Positions 36,463-49,900 of a stretch of 64,000 bases of DNA are shown in pieces (within the stretch, counting starts at the first letter, position 1; each line of letters begins with the position of its first letter). This DNA is from Pocillopora damicornis. Taxonomy: Eukaryota. The notes under the pieces were generated by a model, which made no database searches, was not told the origin of the DNA, and saw only the letters and a list, made by a program, of their open reading frames with translations. The stretch is from NCBI RefSeq assembly GCF_003704095.1, contig NW_020846109.1, positions 372,001 through 436,000 of the forward strand, written 5' to 3'. The position numbers and the translations under genes are program-made.

Positions 36463-39323
36463 TCAACATTCTTGACTTTTCCGTACACACTGTTTTACTT
36501 TTTTCTTAAAAACTCCATTGTAATCTTCCCTCCAATCTTTCTGCAAAATAAAACAGGAACAGAGTTAAAACTTCCAAGTGGATATCTGCAAAAAAAATAA
36601 CTACACTGTATCCTTCTAAAAGTTTCAAACCTAGCTTTGCTTGCTTATTATGGAAATCTTCAAGGTTTGCTACCCTATATATGAAATCAGGGGCTTGGCA
36701 TGTCCTCAACAATACACTCCAGTCACCACCTTACTTCATACAGTCTGAGTTTATGGTACTGGCCAAAAGTTGTTAACCCTTTAACTCCCAGATCAAATTT
36801 GTAATTCTCCAAACTGTCAACAATACAATTCTTATAATATTGGATCAACGAATTATCCCCAAATTGATATTTTTCTTTATTCTCATCACTTCTCTAGTTG
36901 ATATTGTAATAATATCATAGGGAGAAATTCTCTCTTGGACACTCATGGGAGCTAAAGGGTTAATGGTCTAACACTATCTTAAAGAAGGTATGAGAAGGAT
37001 GAATACAAACAAGACTAAACAAGACACAGTCTTACTCACATAAATCAATAAAATTAAATTATTATAATTAGTTTATCTCACAGTATTGTTGATGGATTTA
37101 ACCACAATTTTACTAGTATCAAGATGGTTATGTTACTTTGCAACTCTGTAGCCTGCACTGCAGACATCTTATTAGGGTGAAAAGACACCTGCCCAAAGAT
37201 GCTTTTAAAAACCAAAACTCCCCCTGATTAGTTATGCATCACGGCATTTCTTATGTACATAGAAAACCTAACAATGGATAACACGCTAGAATGGGTTCCC
37301 TTCAACATAGTAAGCAGTCAAATGACTAGCGATGCACCGTGGAAGTAAGATGAGGTATTTTTATTGAGAATTTGTCTTATTTTTTTCATTCTTAAGAGTG
37401 GTCGTAAATATTCCCATACAAACTCTTATAATTTCACCATGACCATTATTTTGCAACATGATCATCTCATAGCTAGAGCTTAGGCAGCCTGTGGCTGAGG
37501 CAAACTAGGACAACTACACTTGAAGGTTTCCCTGTCATAATTTCTTTCATACAAAACCAACACATGAAGTATCAGGCTAGTCCCAAAGCCAGTGTAAAAA
37601 TTGCTTCTTTTTGTTTCGATTTTAATGCAGGAGACATATTTTAATATTCCAAAAGACACTTTAGAGCTTCCTCAAGAGTGCAATTAATTGAAAATAACAA
37701 ATTCACCATTAACAGAGTTTGCCATCTTTCACATTTTCCTGTAGGATCACAATGTCCAAATGACACATTTGGCTTGTGATTGACAGCTGGAGCTTAAAGC
37801 ACCAATCAGGAACTCTGGTCGTGGGCCAACAGAGTTTTGCAAAATAACAATAACCTCAGGAAGGTGTAATCTTCACTCCCACAACCCCACCACTCTCCTT
37901 ATTTTTGACCATCAACTGCCTCCTTAGTACAAATTTCTTTCCCAACCCTGCCTTCTGCTGCCATCAAAATCAAAGATGGGAACCATAATTTCGCACTTGC
38001 TGGCCAAAATTACGCCTGCTCTACAGGCTAGCAACTCTGATAACTATAATTGCCTATTAATTATCCTGTTTCACAAAAAAACATATATCGAAACAAACGT
38101 TGCAGAAAAACTGCAATTCATTGAACAGATGAAGGAGTTATACTTACTGCAGCATCCACATTAGCTGGGGATTCATCATTGGGTTCTGATATCATGGAGA
38201 TAACACTTATCAAGATTGTTTCAACAGTATGGATTGGAAGCCAGCGCTCTGATGCCTTCTCATAGCCATATTTGTCTTCACCAGGTTCATGAAGAATAGA
38301 AATGCAAACTTCACCATCCTTGTGAACTACAAAGAGACAAAAACTACAAGTCACTGCGTTTCAATTTACATTCTATTATTCACTCATAGCTAACCAATAA
38401 GATTGTTCCTTATTGAAGTTAGTAACTAATTCTCTACTGATTAAACATAGGGAATTATTAGGAAGTATAAAACTTAAAGTTAAGGAGAAATGATGTAAAA
38501 AAACTTGTGATCAACGTAGGAATCTATCTCCTGATGTTCTTGAATTATCATGACATTAAAAAATACTACATCAAAGCGAAAACTTACAAGGTGAAAAACA
38601 TTGTTTCATTGCTTAATCAAGTTAATTCTTCCAAAGGTGAGGCACTTCGTTGATAGAATTTATATCAAAACGCTTCATCTGTCACTAACTTACCTTTTAA
38701 AAATTATTTTCAATATGACGATGACAAGAATGGCTTTAACAAACACTATTACGACACAAAACAAAGAGCAAAACAACGTGTCCTGGGAAGTCATACATGT
38801 TCTTCAATTCGTACCTACATAAGTACCTACCATTTGGGTGCCAGAATTCTGATATAAATCTCATTTTTGGTGGTTTTTGCGGATATTCCCTAGGAAAATA
38901 CAAGTGTGCCTTGAACAGACCTCCCTCACTATAACAAATAGTAAACAAAACGACAAATTTTAGTGTTACGCATCATATAAGGGGGATGATGAATACGCAT
39001 AAGTGCGTGTTGGCTAACAAAGTGTATGTATCGCAAATCACGAGTGTAAAATTATAAAAATAAGACTTACTAGAAAGTATCAGGAGGTCCTACCACCATT
39101 ATTTCCCATTTGAACAAATTATCATCATCTATAAGGCCAGCAGAAAAGCCCTCCGAAGGGTTCTTGTCGAGCTCTTCAGAAAGAAAACGACGCCATAAGT
39201 ATGCATTGGATTGGTAGAAACATCGAACTGAAATGCCGGGGTTTTGGGAGCAAGGACTAAAATAGATCGTATACCTGCAAGCTGTCTTTTGAGGAGAAGG
39301 GCACCTTGTTCAACTGAGTTCAT
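36463..39323 (-). CDS. UBE2G1: Ubiquitin-conjugating enzyme E2 G1, 5 exons, 168 aa
   Basis: Exons 39275-39323, 39071-39173, 38831-38928, 38148-38326, 36463-36540 (507 nt). Peptides [60 protein letters not shown] (catalytic Cys plus acidic loop), [25 protein letters not shown]. Confidence 0.96.
36773..36963. mobile_element. TTAA-flanked piggyBac-like MITE (best-preserved copy), in UBE2G1 intron 4
   Basis: TTAACCCTTTAACTCCCA...TGGGAGCTAAAGGGTTAA: inverted termini with one mismatch, TTAA target site and CCC/GGG ends. Confidence 0.8.
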
Positions 39324-39833
39324 CTAGATGGCCACAACGAGAATTAAACGGTAGGGCAATTGGATCTCTCAAAATTTTTCGAACTTCTCACGCACACTCG
39401 GTGAAAATTTTCGCTCATTTTACCTCGTTTTCACGCTTTTCGCAACCGGAAGTAGCTCGCTTTTCCTGTGCTCCTGAAAAATGATAAATATTTCCATGCA
39501 GTCAGCGAATTGATCAAAAAGGGTTCAGCAAACAGACAAAAAAAAATAATGGAACAACATTAGAAACTAAGAGAATAAGAGATTTTTACTAAGAAACAAA
39601 AACTTTTAAAAGCTGGAAATAAGCAACCTCAGGCAACTTTGTGTGTTAATCATATATGACGTACTCACATGCTCACCTTTGCACTGCTTGCCAGAAACCC
39701 CAAGGGCACGTAAAGGGAGAGATTTTCTGCCAGTTTTATGCTTTAATACCAAACCTTATGTGTAATCTCGAGGTCATACGCTCCAATTTCACTGAAAGGC
39801 GGTTCTTCTCGATGAAATTCGATAAATACGCAG
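39324..39833. promoter_or_regulatory. Bidirectional promoter between UBE2G1 and the RRM-F-box-LRR gene
   Basis: 510 bp between divergent ATGs, ETS motif ACCGGAAGT at 39445-39453, locally CpG-retaining. Confidence 0.6.
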
Positions 39834-42800
39834 ATGAGCAAACAGTCTCCAAACTTACAAAAACTCAAAATTCTTCATCACCAGAAACTTAATTGTGGTT
39901 TATCGGAAATAGCTCTTGTAGCAAATGGGTCCGTTGTAACAGATAGTCCAGACGAAGAGATACCTAAAAAAGACACAAAACCTACAAGCTCTGCAACACT
40001 GATACAAAAAGCCGAAGAATTTTGCCGAAAAACCCGTGTAGTTGCCAACAAGTGCAAGGTTTTTGTTGGTAACGTTAGCTACAGAGTGAAGTCCAGAGAA
40101 CTGAAGGAATTTTTCACCTCTTTTGGAAAAGTTATATATGCCCAAATCATCACGGATCGTATGAAAAAACGTTCTCGGGGGTGAGTAATTTCATCCCAAC
40201 AAATGTTGATGTAAAAAAATATATATATATACATATATGCAATCAAGCACGAGAATGTGTAGGTGTCCTTCAAATTTCCTATTTACCCTTCTGACCTTTG
40301 AGGATTTGCACAGAAGAATGGATTTGTTTGTTTTTTATTTGTTTGTTTTACTATTATTTTATTATCATACATTGATTTGTTGGCTGATAAGACAATTTGA
40401 TGTTCATTAAAATGTAATTCTGTGTTCGATTAATCTTGTTAACCCTTCAAATTACAAGAGTGACTAAAGTATGCATAATTTATGTATTTGTTACAATTTT
40501 TATAATGATGTTCTGACATGTACAAATTGTTGGGGCATCATAGTCTGGATATATGAAGACCAACATAAAATTCCCATGATCAGCCAATAAAAAAATGCTT
40601 CTTTTTATCATTGCGAAAATTGCTGCTCACCACCAAGAATCATTGCTTTACTTCATTTTCATCTGCAGGTTGAGTGAAATTTAGTTATTTAGTAACAGTC
40701 GTGATCAGATTCCTCAACCAGTGAGGAGAACCCTCTAAAATTTGCCTTGCCCCTAACAAAGCTTCTCTTCTGCAATTGCTAAAATTGTAACTATTTCTGG
40801 AAGGATCATTGCTTTACATGTTATGAGTAATTTAGGTTTAAAATGGAAGAACTATTATTTCAAGGACTAAATTTTAAACTGTAAATAAATATTTCCTAAG
40901 GGTTTTTTCTTTTTGATGTTAATTGGTTTACTCGTGTATTTTCTTATTGTTTATTTGTTTGTTTGTTTAGGTTTGGATTTGTGACCTTTAGTAATGAATG
41001 GGAAGCACAGAAAGCCAAAGATTCTTCAGATGATGAGAGAACTTTAGAAGGAAGGTATTATGATTATGATTTGGATGTAACATGAGATGTGGCTTAGGGA
41101 TGAGCTCTTTTTTTCTCAGTTTTATAGACCAAGAAAAAGTCAACATCTATCAATAACACAGATAAAAGAATGAAGCTCATTTCAAAGCAATTAGTACAAT
41201 CAAAATCTTCACAGTGTATATAGTCATAAATCAGAAATCATTCTGTCTCCTATCTTTTTGAATGATGGTCTGCATGTTTTTTTTTTGTTTTTTTTTTGTA
41301 TGGCTTCAGAGTCATGAAAGTTTGCACTCCAGAAAGAAGGAAGAAAGGTAGGTGTACAATTATTTGTTTTAGGGACTGTTTTGTGCTGATAGGTTTAATA
41401 ATAATATAGTAATAATATAATTAATATTATTAATGGATGACGTTTTGTATTATTGAATATAATATATCATATTCATTTGATAAGCACCCATCTTGAGTAA
41501 GTACCCACCCTCCCCACTTCTCCCCCTCTCCTCCCTCCCCCTCCCAAAAAAAAAAATAAAACTGAAATGGACAAGAGAAGTATTGATTAGTATTTCTTTA
41601 CTGGCAACAATCTCTAAGTTCCCTGTCTATGTTACATCTTCATATTTTGTTATTTTGTTATTGCTTTGTTGCAAAATAGAGTTACTCCCTTGAAAGCGGG
41701 GAAAATTCAGCAAGCATTCACCCTCAAATTCAACAATTATGGGTGTGTTATGAAATAAATATGGTACTTAAGGTCACACTTGAATTATTTTAATAGAAAG
41801 TGCCTATAAAAGTATTCAGTGGTTGCATTTGTTCAAAGCATAGGACTTTTAATTTACCCTTTAACTCCCAAAAGTGACCAAGACATAATTTCTCCTTACA
41901 ATATCAACACAATATCAGTCAGGTAAGTGATGAGAATTAAAAAAAAGAGAAAAAATATAAATTAAGGGACTATGTGTTGATTTAATACAAAATTCTTCAA
42001 ATTAACATTACAAATATTATATAACAGACAGTTAGGAGAGTTTGTAATGAGATCATGGGAGGGATTGAGTGTTAATAGACTAGACTGATCTATTCTAGAA
42101 AGAAGTTATAACTATACTTCTTTACTTACTATAGTTGTAAGAAAATAATGTATATATAATCTAGTTGAGAATGTGAAATGGATTATGCTGAAATGCCTCA
42201 CAATAAGAATCTTATGTTTTTTTTTAATTTTTCTTTTCCATTTTCGCATGACAGGTTCTAAAAATTTCATTCAGGAAAGCACTATTGAGGTGAGGATGTA
42301 TATTCATTTTAATGGCCAGTTAGCATCTTTAATAAGAGATAAATTCTTCATGTGAGATTGATGCACAAAAACTGCAGTTGTTGCTTACCTTGGTTTCTGC
42401 TGCATGAGGTACCAGCAACAGGCTGATTAATTACATTTGTCGAAACATAACAGTCCTATATTTAAATATGGCATTTGGAATATAATAATAACTATTAATC
42501 CTAGGATTTTACATTTGGAATGCTTATTTTTGGAGAAGAAGGGAAACTCAAAGGCAAAAAAAATGTTATTTTCAATAAATGTTAGCTTCACGTTCAATGA
42601 TGATGCAAAATTAAAGGTTGTCTTGAGGAGAATGTGCACCAATTCTGGATTTAATTTTCCATTTGGATTTCTCTCTTTTTGTGTATTGTGGTTTTAAACC
42701 ATTGACAGATCAGGTTCTATGCATAAGTAGTAATTGACACTTGATTTGTGATTGTGTTGCCAGGAGGTACTTGAATCTTATCGTGAGAATGGAAATGACA

Positions 42801-45800
42801 AGAAGGAAGCTGGTGAAGAGGCAATGGAATCTTGTGATTGCACTATCAGTGGATCCAATGAACTCAGGTCTTTGTATGTAACAAATCGTGGCCTAACTTT
42901 TGATAATAACTATTAAGTTTTCACTCCCAAGATCTCATTAGTTTAGTCACTCTCCTTACTGACTGGTGTATTACTTTCATAATGCAAGTTTGGAGAATTT
43001 GGTATTAGATCAACTTATAATCCTCTTAGTGGTATTTTTCCTCATTCTCATTACTTGTCTCCTTGATTTTGTATTGATGTTGTAACAAAAAATTCTGTCT
43101 TGGTCACTCTTGGGAGTTAAAGGTTTATGATTTTCAGGTAACAACTCCTGTTCAGTATAGAATCAGTTCTTGAATAATAGCAGTAATATTGTATGATATG
43201 ATTAAGGAATCTGTAAAATAAAAGTTAAATGAATCCTCCAAAACCAGCATCCTCAATTGAAAATTCTCTAAATAAATATTAAAAAAATGGAAATAACAGA
43301 ATGATACGAAATAAAATTTACATTGAACTGCAATGAGCTTTACATGGTTAACTATATCAGTTTAAAGAAGTGATTTTTCATCCACAGGCCAGAAATTTTT
43401 AAACTGAATGAGTACACCATGCTCCACATCTTCTTGTATTTAAGTCCTAAGGATAGGATCAGGATTGAAAGAGGTACCTTCAGTACATCAAATTATTTCC
43501 TTGCCAATAATCAGGCTGGACGACATATATATGTTCAGTTTTGCTTTCCAATCTAAATAACATGAGATTCATAGTACTTGTAGCAGTTGAATTTTTCATA
43601 GCTCTCCACTCAGCCAGTAGGAACAAAGGTTGTTCTCTTGATCATGGCCATGGGCTTCTTCCCTCTTCTCATGACATGTTATCATTGAATTCTTTATTTC
43701 TCTCTGGTCATGCCTTGTAGGTTTTGTAGAAGGGTATAGAATGTTGTATCTGTGAGGGGTGGTCTAGCCCTACTCATGGTCCCAAATCACACAAAGATCC
43801 AGTCTAAATCACTCTCTGACTCAGTCTCATTTTTAATGTGCTGAAATAACATAGGACACCCTGTCATTAGCTAAATATGTCAGTATTCCTGAGAATGCTA
43901 TGATGTTACAAGGAAATGGATAGCCATGGGGAATTGGATTGGAAATGTCTAAGACCTAGTGGACTTGGTGGACCAAAAAAGTTGCCATGCAATAAAATGA
44001 AACTCTTTAGGCTATGATCAAGATTGCTAATTGATTCTGAGGTAGTTTCTATATTCATTAATATTGTCTTATTTCAGTATGCAGAAGATGGAGACTACTG
44101 GCCATTAAGTCATGGCATCGCATAACCCATCTTGACTTCCAAGGAGTGTTCACATCATTTAAAGGCATGGGAGGTACAACTATTAAGCTCTGTCTCTCAT
44201 TTCCTTGTTGTTTTTGGTGTACTTTTTATAATTTTAAAGCTTCCAACTCTTCAGTCCTTTGCTTATTGATTACTGCTGTGCTCTGCTTTTCAGGCCTTAC
44301 TGATGAAGTTCTGTGGTCCATTTTAAGACGAGGATGCCAGAATCTGACTTCTCTTGACTTGTCCCAATCACCTCACTTCTTGACAGAATTTGCAGTCCTT
44401 TGTATTGGTAGGTCCCTTGATATTTTTCTCCCACAGAATTCCTTTTTACTCAAGGATGGCAATAGTAACTGTGGCATGCAGTTTATTGTATGTGCTAAGC
44501 CTTGGTACAATAACCTCACCAAGGTTTTATCCCAGACCTTTTGATGTAGGATTAAGCATCCTTACCACAGGCCATCACATCTCCTCCATAGTTTGCTACA
44601 CCAATCACAGAACAAAATAAAACACAAAGCCATGCTTTTTAAACTCAGTTGTAAGCAATCTTCAAATGTTGCTGTGAGAATTATTTCAAAAGGTAGCCAA
44701 AAAATGACACAACTGTTGCTCTAGTCAGTGAGGATGCTGGTGGATTAAGATGTTTCTTTATTTATCCAACAATTTATCTATTTATTTGTTTATTTTATTA
44801 AACAGGCAAACAATGCAAGTTGTTGACAGAGCTTGATTTAAGTGGAGTTAAAGTTAGTACATCATCATTAAAGAACTTGTCCCAAAGCTGTAAACAATTA
44901 GAGGTACATGTTTACTCATTCTCCATAATTTATTCTTTTATATATTTGAATTTGTAATTTTCTGGATATATCCTTTTGGTGGATAACTGTCTTGTTGAGT
45001 AACAATGATTATTACTTTTTCATATATTTTGCCTATCCTGCTTTCATGTTAGTACAATTCATTCAGTTTTTCAATCAATCAATCAACCAGTCAGCTTTTC
45101 TTTTAAATTTACTTACCCAACACCAGACAGTTTTAATGGACTGAATATTAAATTACATGACTTAGTTTCTTTCACCGAAGGATAATTTTTACCTCAACAG
45201 AAAATTACTCTTCATAGATGTCACAGAGTTGGCGAAAAAGCGTAAGTTTCCTAAAACATGTTATGTACATTATATGGCAAGAACATTCTCCTTGGATCAG
45301 CAAAGGAGTTTGACTGAATGAAGTAGGGATCATAAATTTGTAGTCTTGGTTTTATCAGCATTAATTTTGTTTGCCTTTTTATTTTCAAGATAAATGTTTT
45401 GTCCTGATTTTTAGCTTGCATATATAACAGGTCCTTGTATTTAGGGGAATGTTTTTGGTTCCAATTTATTTTTGGATTTAATCTTTTTGAACTAGTTTAA
45501 ATTTTTTCAAATGTCTCTGTCAGGAAGCTGTTCATGGGGTTACTTTGCTCCATTTTCCTGTGTGCTGGGTGTGGGGATGTAGTGGTCCAGTGGTGAGTGA
45601 TTTGAACTCCAGAAAAAGAGGCACTGGTTCAAGTTTTGGCTGCATCGTGTTTTCAGACAAGATGCTTACACTCAATCTGCAGGCTTCAAAATGTAGCGTT
45701 GTTGTGTAAGGACACCGTGAGTTGTACTGTGAACATGCTTAGCACATTCTGCTCATTTTTCAGACTCTGGTGGCTCTTCAAGAATTGTCAAAAACTGCAT

Positions 45801-46900
45801 CATGTCAATTTGGAGGGAAACAAAAGTGTGAGGGGACAGGTAATGTGTTTACTTAGTAATTAGTTGCAGTAAAAGAGGGCAAGGTGATCCTTAGATTATC
45901 AAAATAACTTAAGATTATTCTTTCTTTCCTAGTGTTTCTTTATGCTACCACCAGCTTGTGAAAATTTGTACCTGAATGATTGCACTCAGGTAAAGTTTTG
46001 AGGGAATGCTTGTTTAGAATTTATGAAGCCTTTGCATAATGTCAAACAACATGATAAGTTTACTTCTCAAATTGTTGAGTTTCTTTGTTGCTATCACTGT
46101 TGCTTTATGTACATCATAGTACTCTCATTTGTTTGATTAGGTATGATTTGTATGGCAATATGGCAATGCCAGAGCATACATTCTATATAGGACTGAAGGT
46201 GTGTGTTTTGTTTTGTAGTTGACGGACAAAGGAATGATATACATTGGTGATAAATGTAAAAACTTGAGAATCATCAATGTATCAGGCTGTATCACTTTGA
46301 CTGATGAGGGCATCCTTCAGTTGACACAGGTTATTTCTCCTTTACTTGATTATAGTTAAAAGAGAAATTTTTGTTTCCAATACGCTGTGTGTCTTTACTT
46401 TGACATATCAGGTCTTTAATAGCCTGCCAGCAAGCTCTAACTTTGGCACTGTAGTGTACATGACAATCCAAGTCCTATGAAGAGACAAGCTAACCAGTGA
46501 TGTTTGGCTTTCTCTCTTACAGCCACTCATTTAGCAGTACCAACTAGAGCCTATTTGCTGGCTAACTTCACAAAGAGCTAGATATTACTTGTTGCCAATA
46601 AGTTCTTTTGTGTTGCTTTATTTGACTAAGTACTGCATCATGTGATTTTTGTTTCAGCACTGTTGTATGATAGAGTCATTAGTTTTCTCACAAGCAGGAC
46701 ACAATGGTAAGTGAGAAAGAGTCATTTCTGTCTGGGCTGTTCTTTGTTATTTGTGCTGTGGTCAGAAAGAGAGGTGATATCTTGATTACACATTATCAGC
46801 AAGGTGGACCTTGGATGGAGGTTCTGCTACAATATGATTTGAAGGTTAAATAAGTAAATTGTCCAGAAGTTGAGTTTTTTGTAGCTGTTGTAGTTTTTTG

Positions 46901-46931
<31 letters not shown>

Positions 46932-49900
46932 TGTTTTTGTTTTTGTTTTTGTTTTTTTTAACAGTGACTGTCAATTATCTATTTCTGTTAAAGGGACTCT
47001 GACTCCTCATGGCCATGTTACTTTAAAAAGTTTGAACCCAAGTTGATTTCCGCAACCACTTTAATAGGGTTGAACTAATGTGCTTGAATTATATTTTTGT
47101 TTTAAACAGTGACTAGTCAAGGACTACAGAATATTGCTAATTTGTCATTGCTGGTAAGTTTGGAATATGATTACCAGTGACCTACAACTTCTCCCACATC
47201 TTATGAAATACACAAGCAAACAATTGTCGCCACTGATGATTTTTTTTAAACTCAACTTAATTTTAAACTTCAATGCTGAAAAAATCTAACACTGATATTG
47301 ACCATCAGAGCATTTGTTTTACTATTTCAGGTAATCCAATGCAAAAATTTTATTATTACTGCTCACGTTTTGCTGCACTATGTACAAGCTATCGCCAATA
47401 GCTAGTGCCAAGTTTTATTCAGATGTATACCCTAAAACCATCATTTTGTCTAATTCTTTTAGAAAGAGTTGGATCTATCAAAGAACGCTGTGGTCAACGA
47501 TGAGTTGCTGTTTAGCATTGGAAGAAGTTGCATTCATTTGAAGTAAGTGTATTTGTTTTCTTCAATGTTAAAAGTATGCATAAATGTATGGTGACTGTTA
47601 GTATATGTAATTGCCCAGTAGCAATGAGCTGTAGTACTCTGATTGGGTGTTCATACCCTATTTCGGCACAAAAAAGCGCGTTTCTAGCGAATGTCGCCGG
47701 AACAAGCATACTCATCACAACAGCCAATCACAACAAAGGTGATATTACAAGGAGCCAATGAGAGCTCGAAGTAAAAACAAGTGAACCTTCTAGAAAACGC
47801 GTGTGACCAAACGGGACTAAGTTTTGCATGTGATTGGTCGAATGGATGGCACGAGTTAACTAGCCAATGAAAGAGCTTGTTAAAGCAAAACCAACGCAAT
47901 CCCATATTAAAATCAGCACTTGTTAAAATCTAGTTTCTTCAGTTCTCCTCTAGTTACCCGTATCAAATAGTTAAAAATATTTAAAAGTCGGTTACCTAGC
48001 AGCCGTTATGATTCTTTTTATAGGTTTCTCAACTTGGACTCCTGTGAAGGAGAAATAACGGATGCAGGATTACAGTGCTTGATCTCTTGTTATCAGTTAT
48101 TTTCTCTTGTCATCAGCTACTTAACAAGGGTAAGGTCCCTCTGACACAAGCTGTCTAATTTGGGAGAGAAAAAGTTTACCATTGGTGGGTAATATAAGCC
48201 TTTGCCTCAACTTTAGAGGAAGAACCAGTTTTCCTTGTTTTGTTGAGTAATATGTGATTCAGGTTGATTCCGACTTTTGTTTCACTCAAAGCTATGATAT
48301 GTGACAATTCAAACCTGCGCTAAGTTTTTGTGAAGTTTCGCCTTGTGGTACTGTGTATCCTCGCACACTAAGTATTTGTACAATTTCCTTCTTGCCTGAA
48401 ACTGTTAAACAAACTTCAGCAGTACAACTTTAAATTTTAACTGATTCGTTAATTTTCCTTACCAGATTACAGACGAGAGTGTAATACACTTGTCCTCTAA
48501 CGGAACCTTGGAGAGGCTGGTGGCTAGGGCGTGCCCAGGACTCACGGACAAATGTAAAGAATGAAGGCCTTGAGAACGAGTTTTCCCAAAAGAAAAAGTT
48601 TAGGCTATATTTAGAAAACCAGAAAAAACAATTCCACAAGGCTTGAAAACGAAAGTCTGACTAACTGATGGCGCCTCGAGCACCACCTACAATTTGGCCA
48701 CATAAAACTGTTTGAAGTTGGGTTTTGTCTTTTTTGAGGCTTCTGTATATCAAAGATCATCTGAAGCTTTCACTACGAAACGTTTCCAAATTAACCTCCA
48801 TATATTTTGTCCACTTACCAACATTTAACATGCGTCGTTGTATTCCGTAAGTTTGGTTTCTATTTGATGATCTTATTGATACAGTAACTTGATTGATACG
48901 AAGTCTCTTAGGGCCCCAGGTGACCAATTACAAGTATTTAATAACAAAACGCTGTTATTGGCCAGTTGTAAATGCACGTCCCTAAGATAGTGTAGAACCA
49001 ACAAGAATCAAAAACTTTGTAGTTGGGGTAAAGCTGTTAGTTTCGTGTAAATGTTTTTCAGTCCATATGACACGTTTTCCTCTGTTTTTGTTTTTGTTGT
49101 TGTTTTACAGCTATCGAGAGTCTGTTACAAAGTTGTGGCCAATTGACTATTCTGGACGTTAGTGGCTGTAGTGGAATCACCAACGCCTCTCTTGAGCTGC
49201 TGAGTCTGCATTGCATATCAGAGGACCGACCCGTCATCAACTGCACCGTTGGAGGTAAGGACTTGGAAATGAGATTAGGCAATAGAACTGTGGCGTTTTT
49301 TTTTCAGTTCATAAGAATTATACGTGGCTGTGAGTAATTATTTTTGTCTTCTGGTGTGTTGGTTTATTTTGGCTCTTGAATTAAAAAGGCAAAGGGAACC
49401 TTATTTCTTTGAGCTAGAATCGAACCTGAATATTTAACGTACACTTAAGTGGAACTCTCAAGCTGCAATTATGATGTCTCCCAAGGAAACAGTACAAATG
49501 TTATTTTTTTCTCTTTCGACCTACTCTCTGCAGTGGCACATTCCGAAGCCGAGAGATAGATACTGAACCTGAAAATTGGCGGGAAACCTTAGCGACCGAG
49601 TCCTCATTGGTTTTAATTTTGAATCTGATTGGTCGAAAAGGTGGGGCAAGTTTTCTAGACCAACAACAGATTGCAGTCAAAGAAGACCAATGCAGTTCCA
49701 GATTAATTTCAGTTCTCAAAGGAAATTGGTTCCCTTCGCTTCGATGTCCCTTCACACTGAAGACTCACTAAATTTTGTTAAATAAAACCTTTAGGTACAG
49801 CCATAGACGAAGAAGCAATAACTCGATTTCGGGAGACATCTTATCGATGCTTTGTGTTTTGCATCGACTATTCTGTTAATCCAAGGATTGATGCTGTTCC

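Noticed and set aside
36445-36465. UBE2G1 TGA-C stop readthrough giving a short extension (xLLKSL*)
   Set aside because: Context is not the strong TGA-CTAG and the extension is not a PTS1; no supporting evidence.
44968-44977. ATATCCTTTT (U12 donor-like) in F-box gene intron 9
   Set aside because: A normal GT donor at 44904 preserves the frame and no U12 branch plus AC acceptor was seen downstream.
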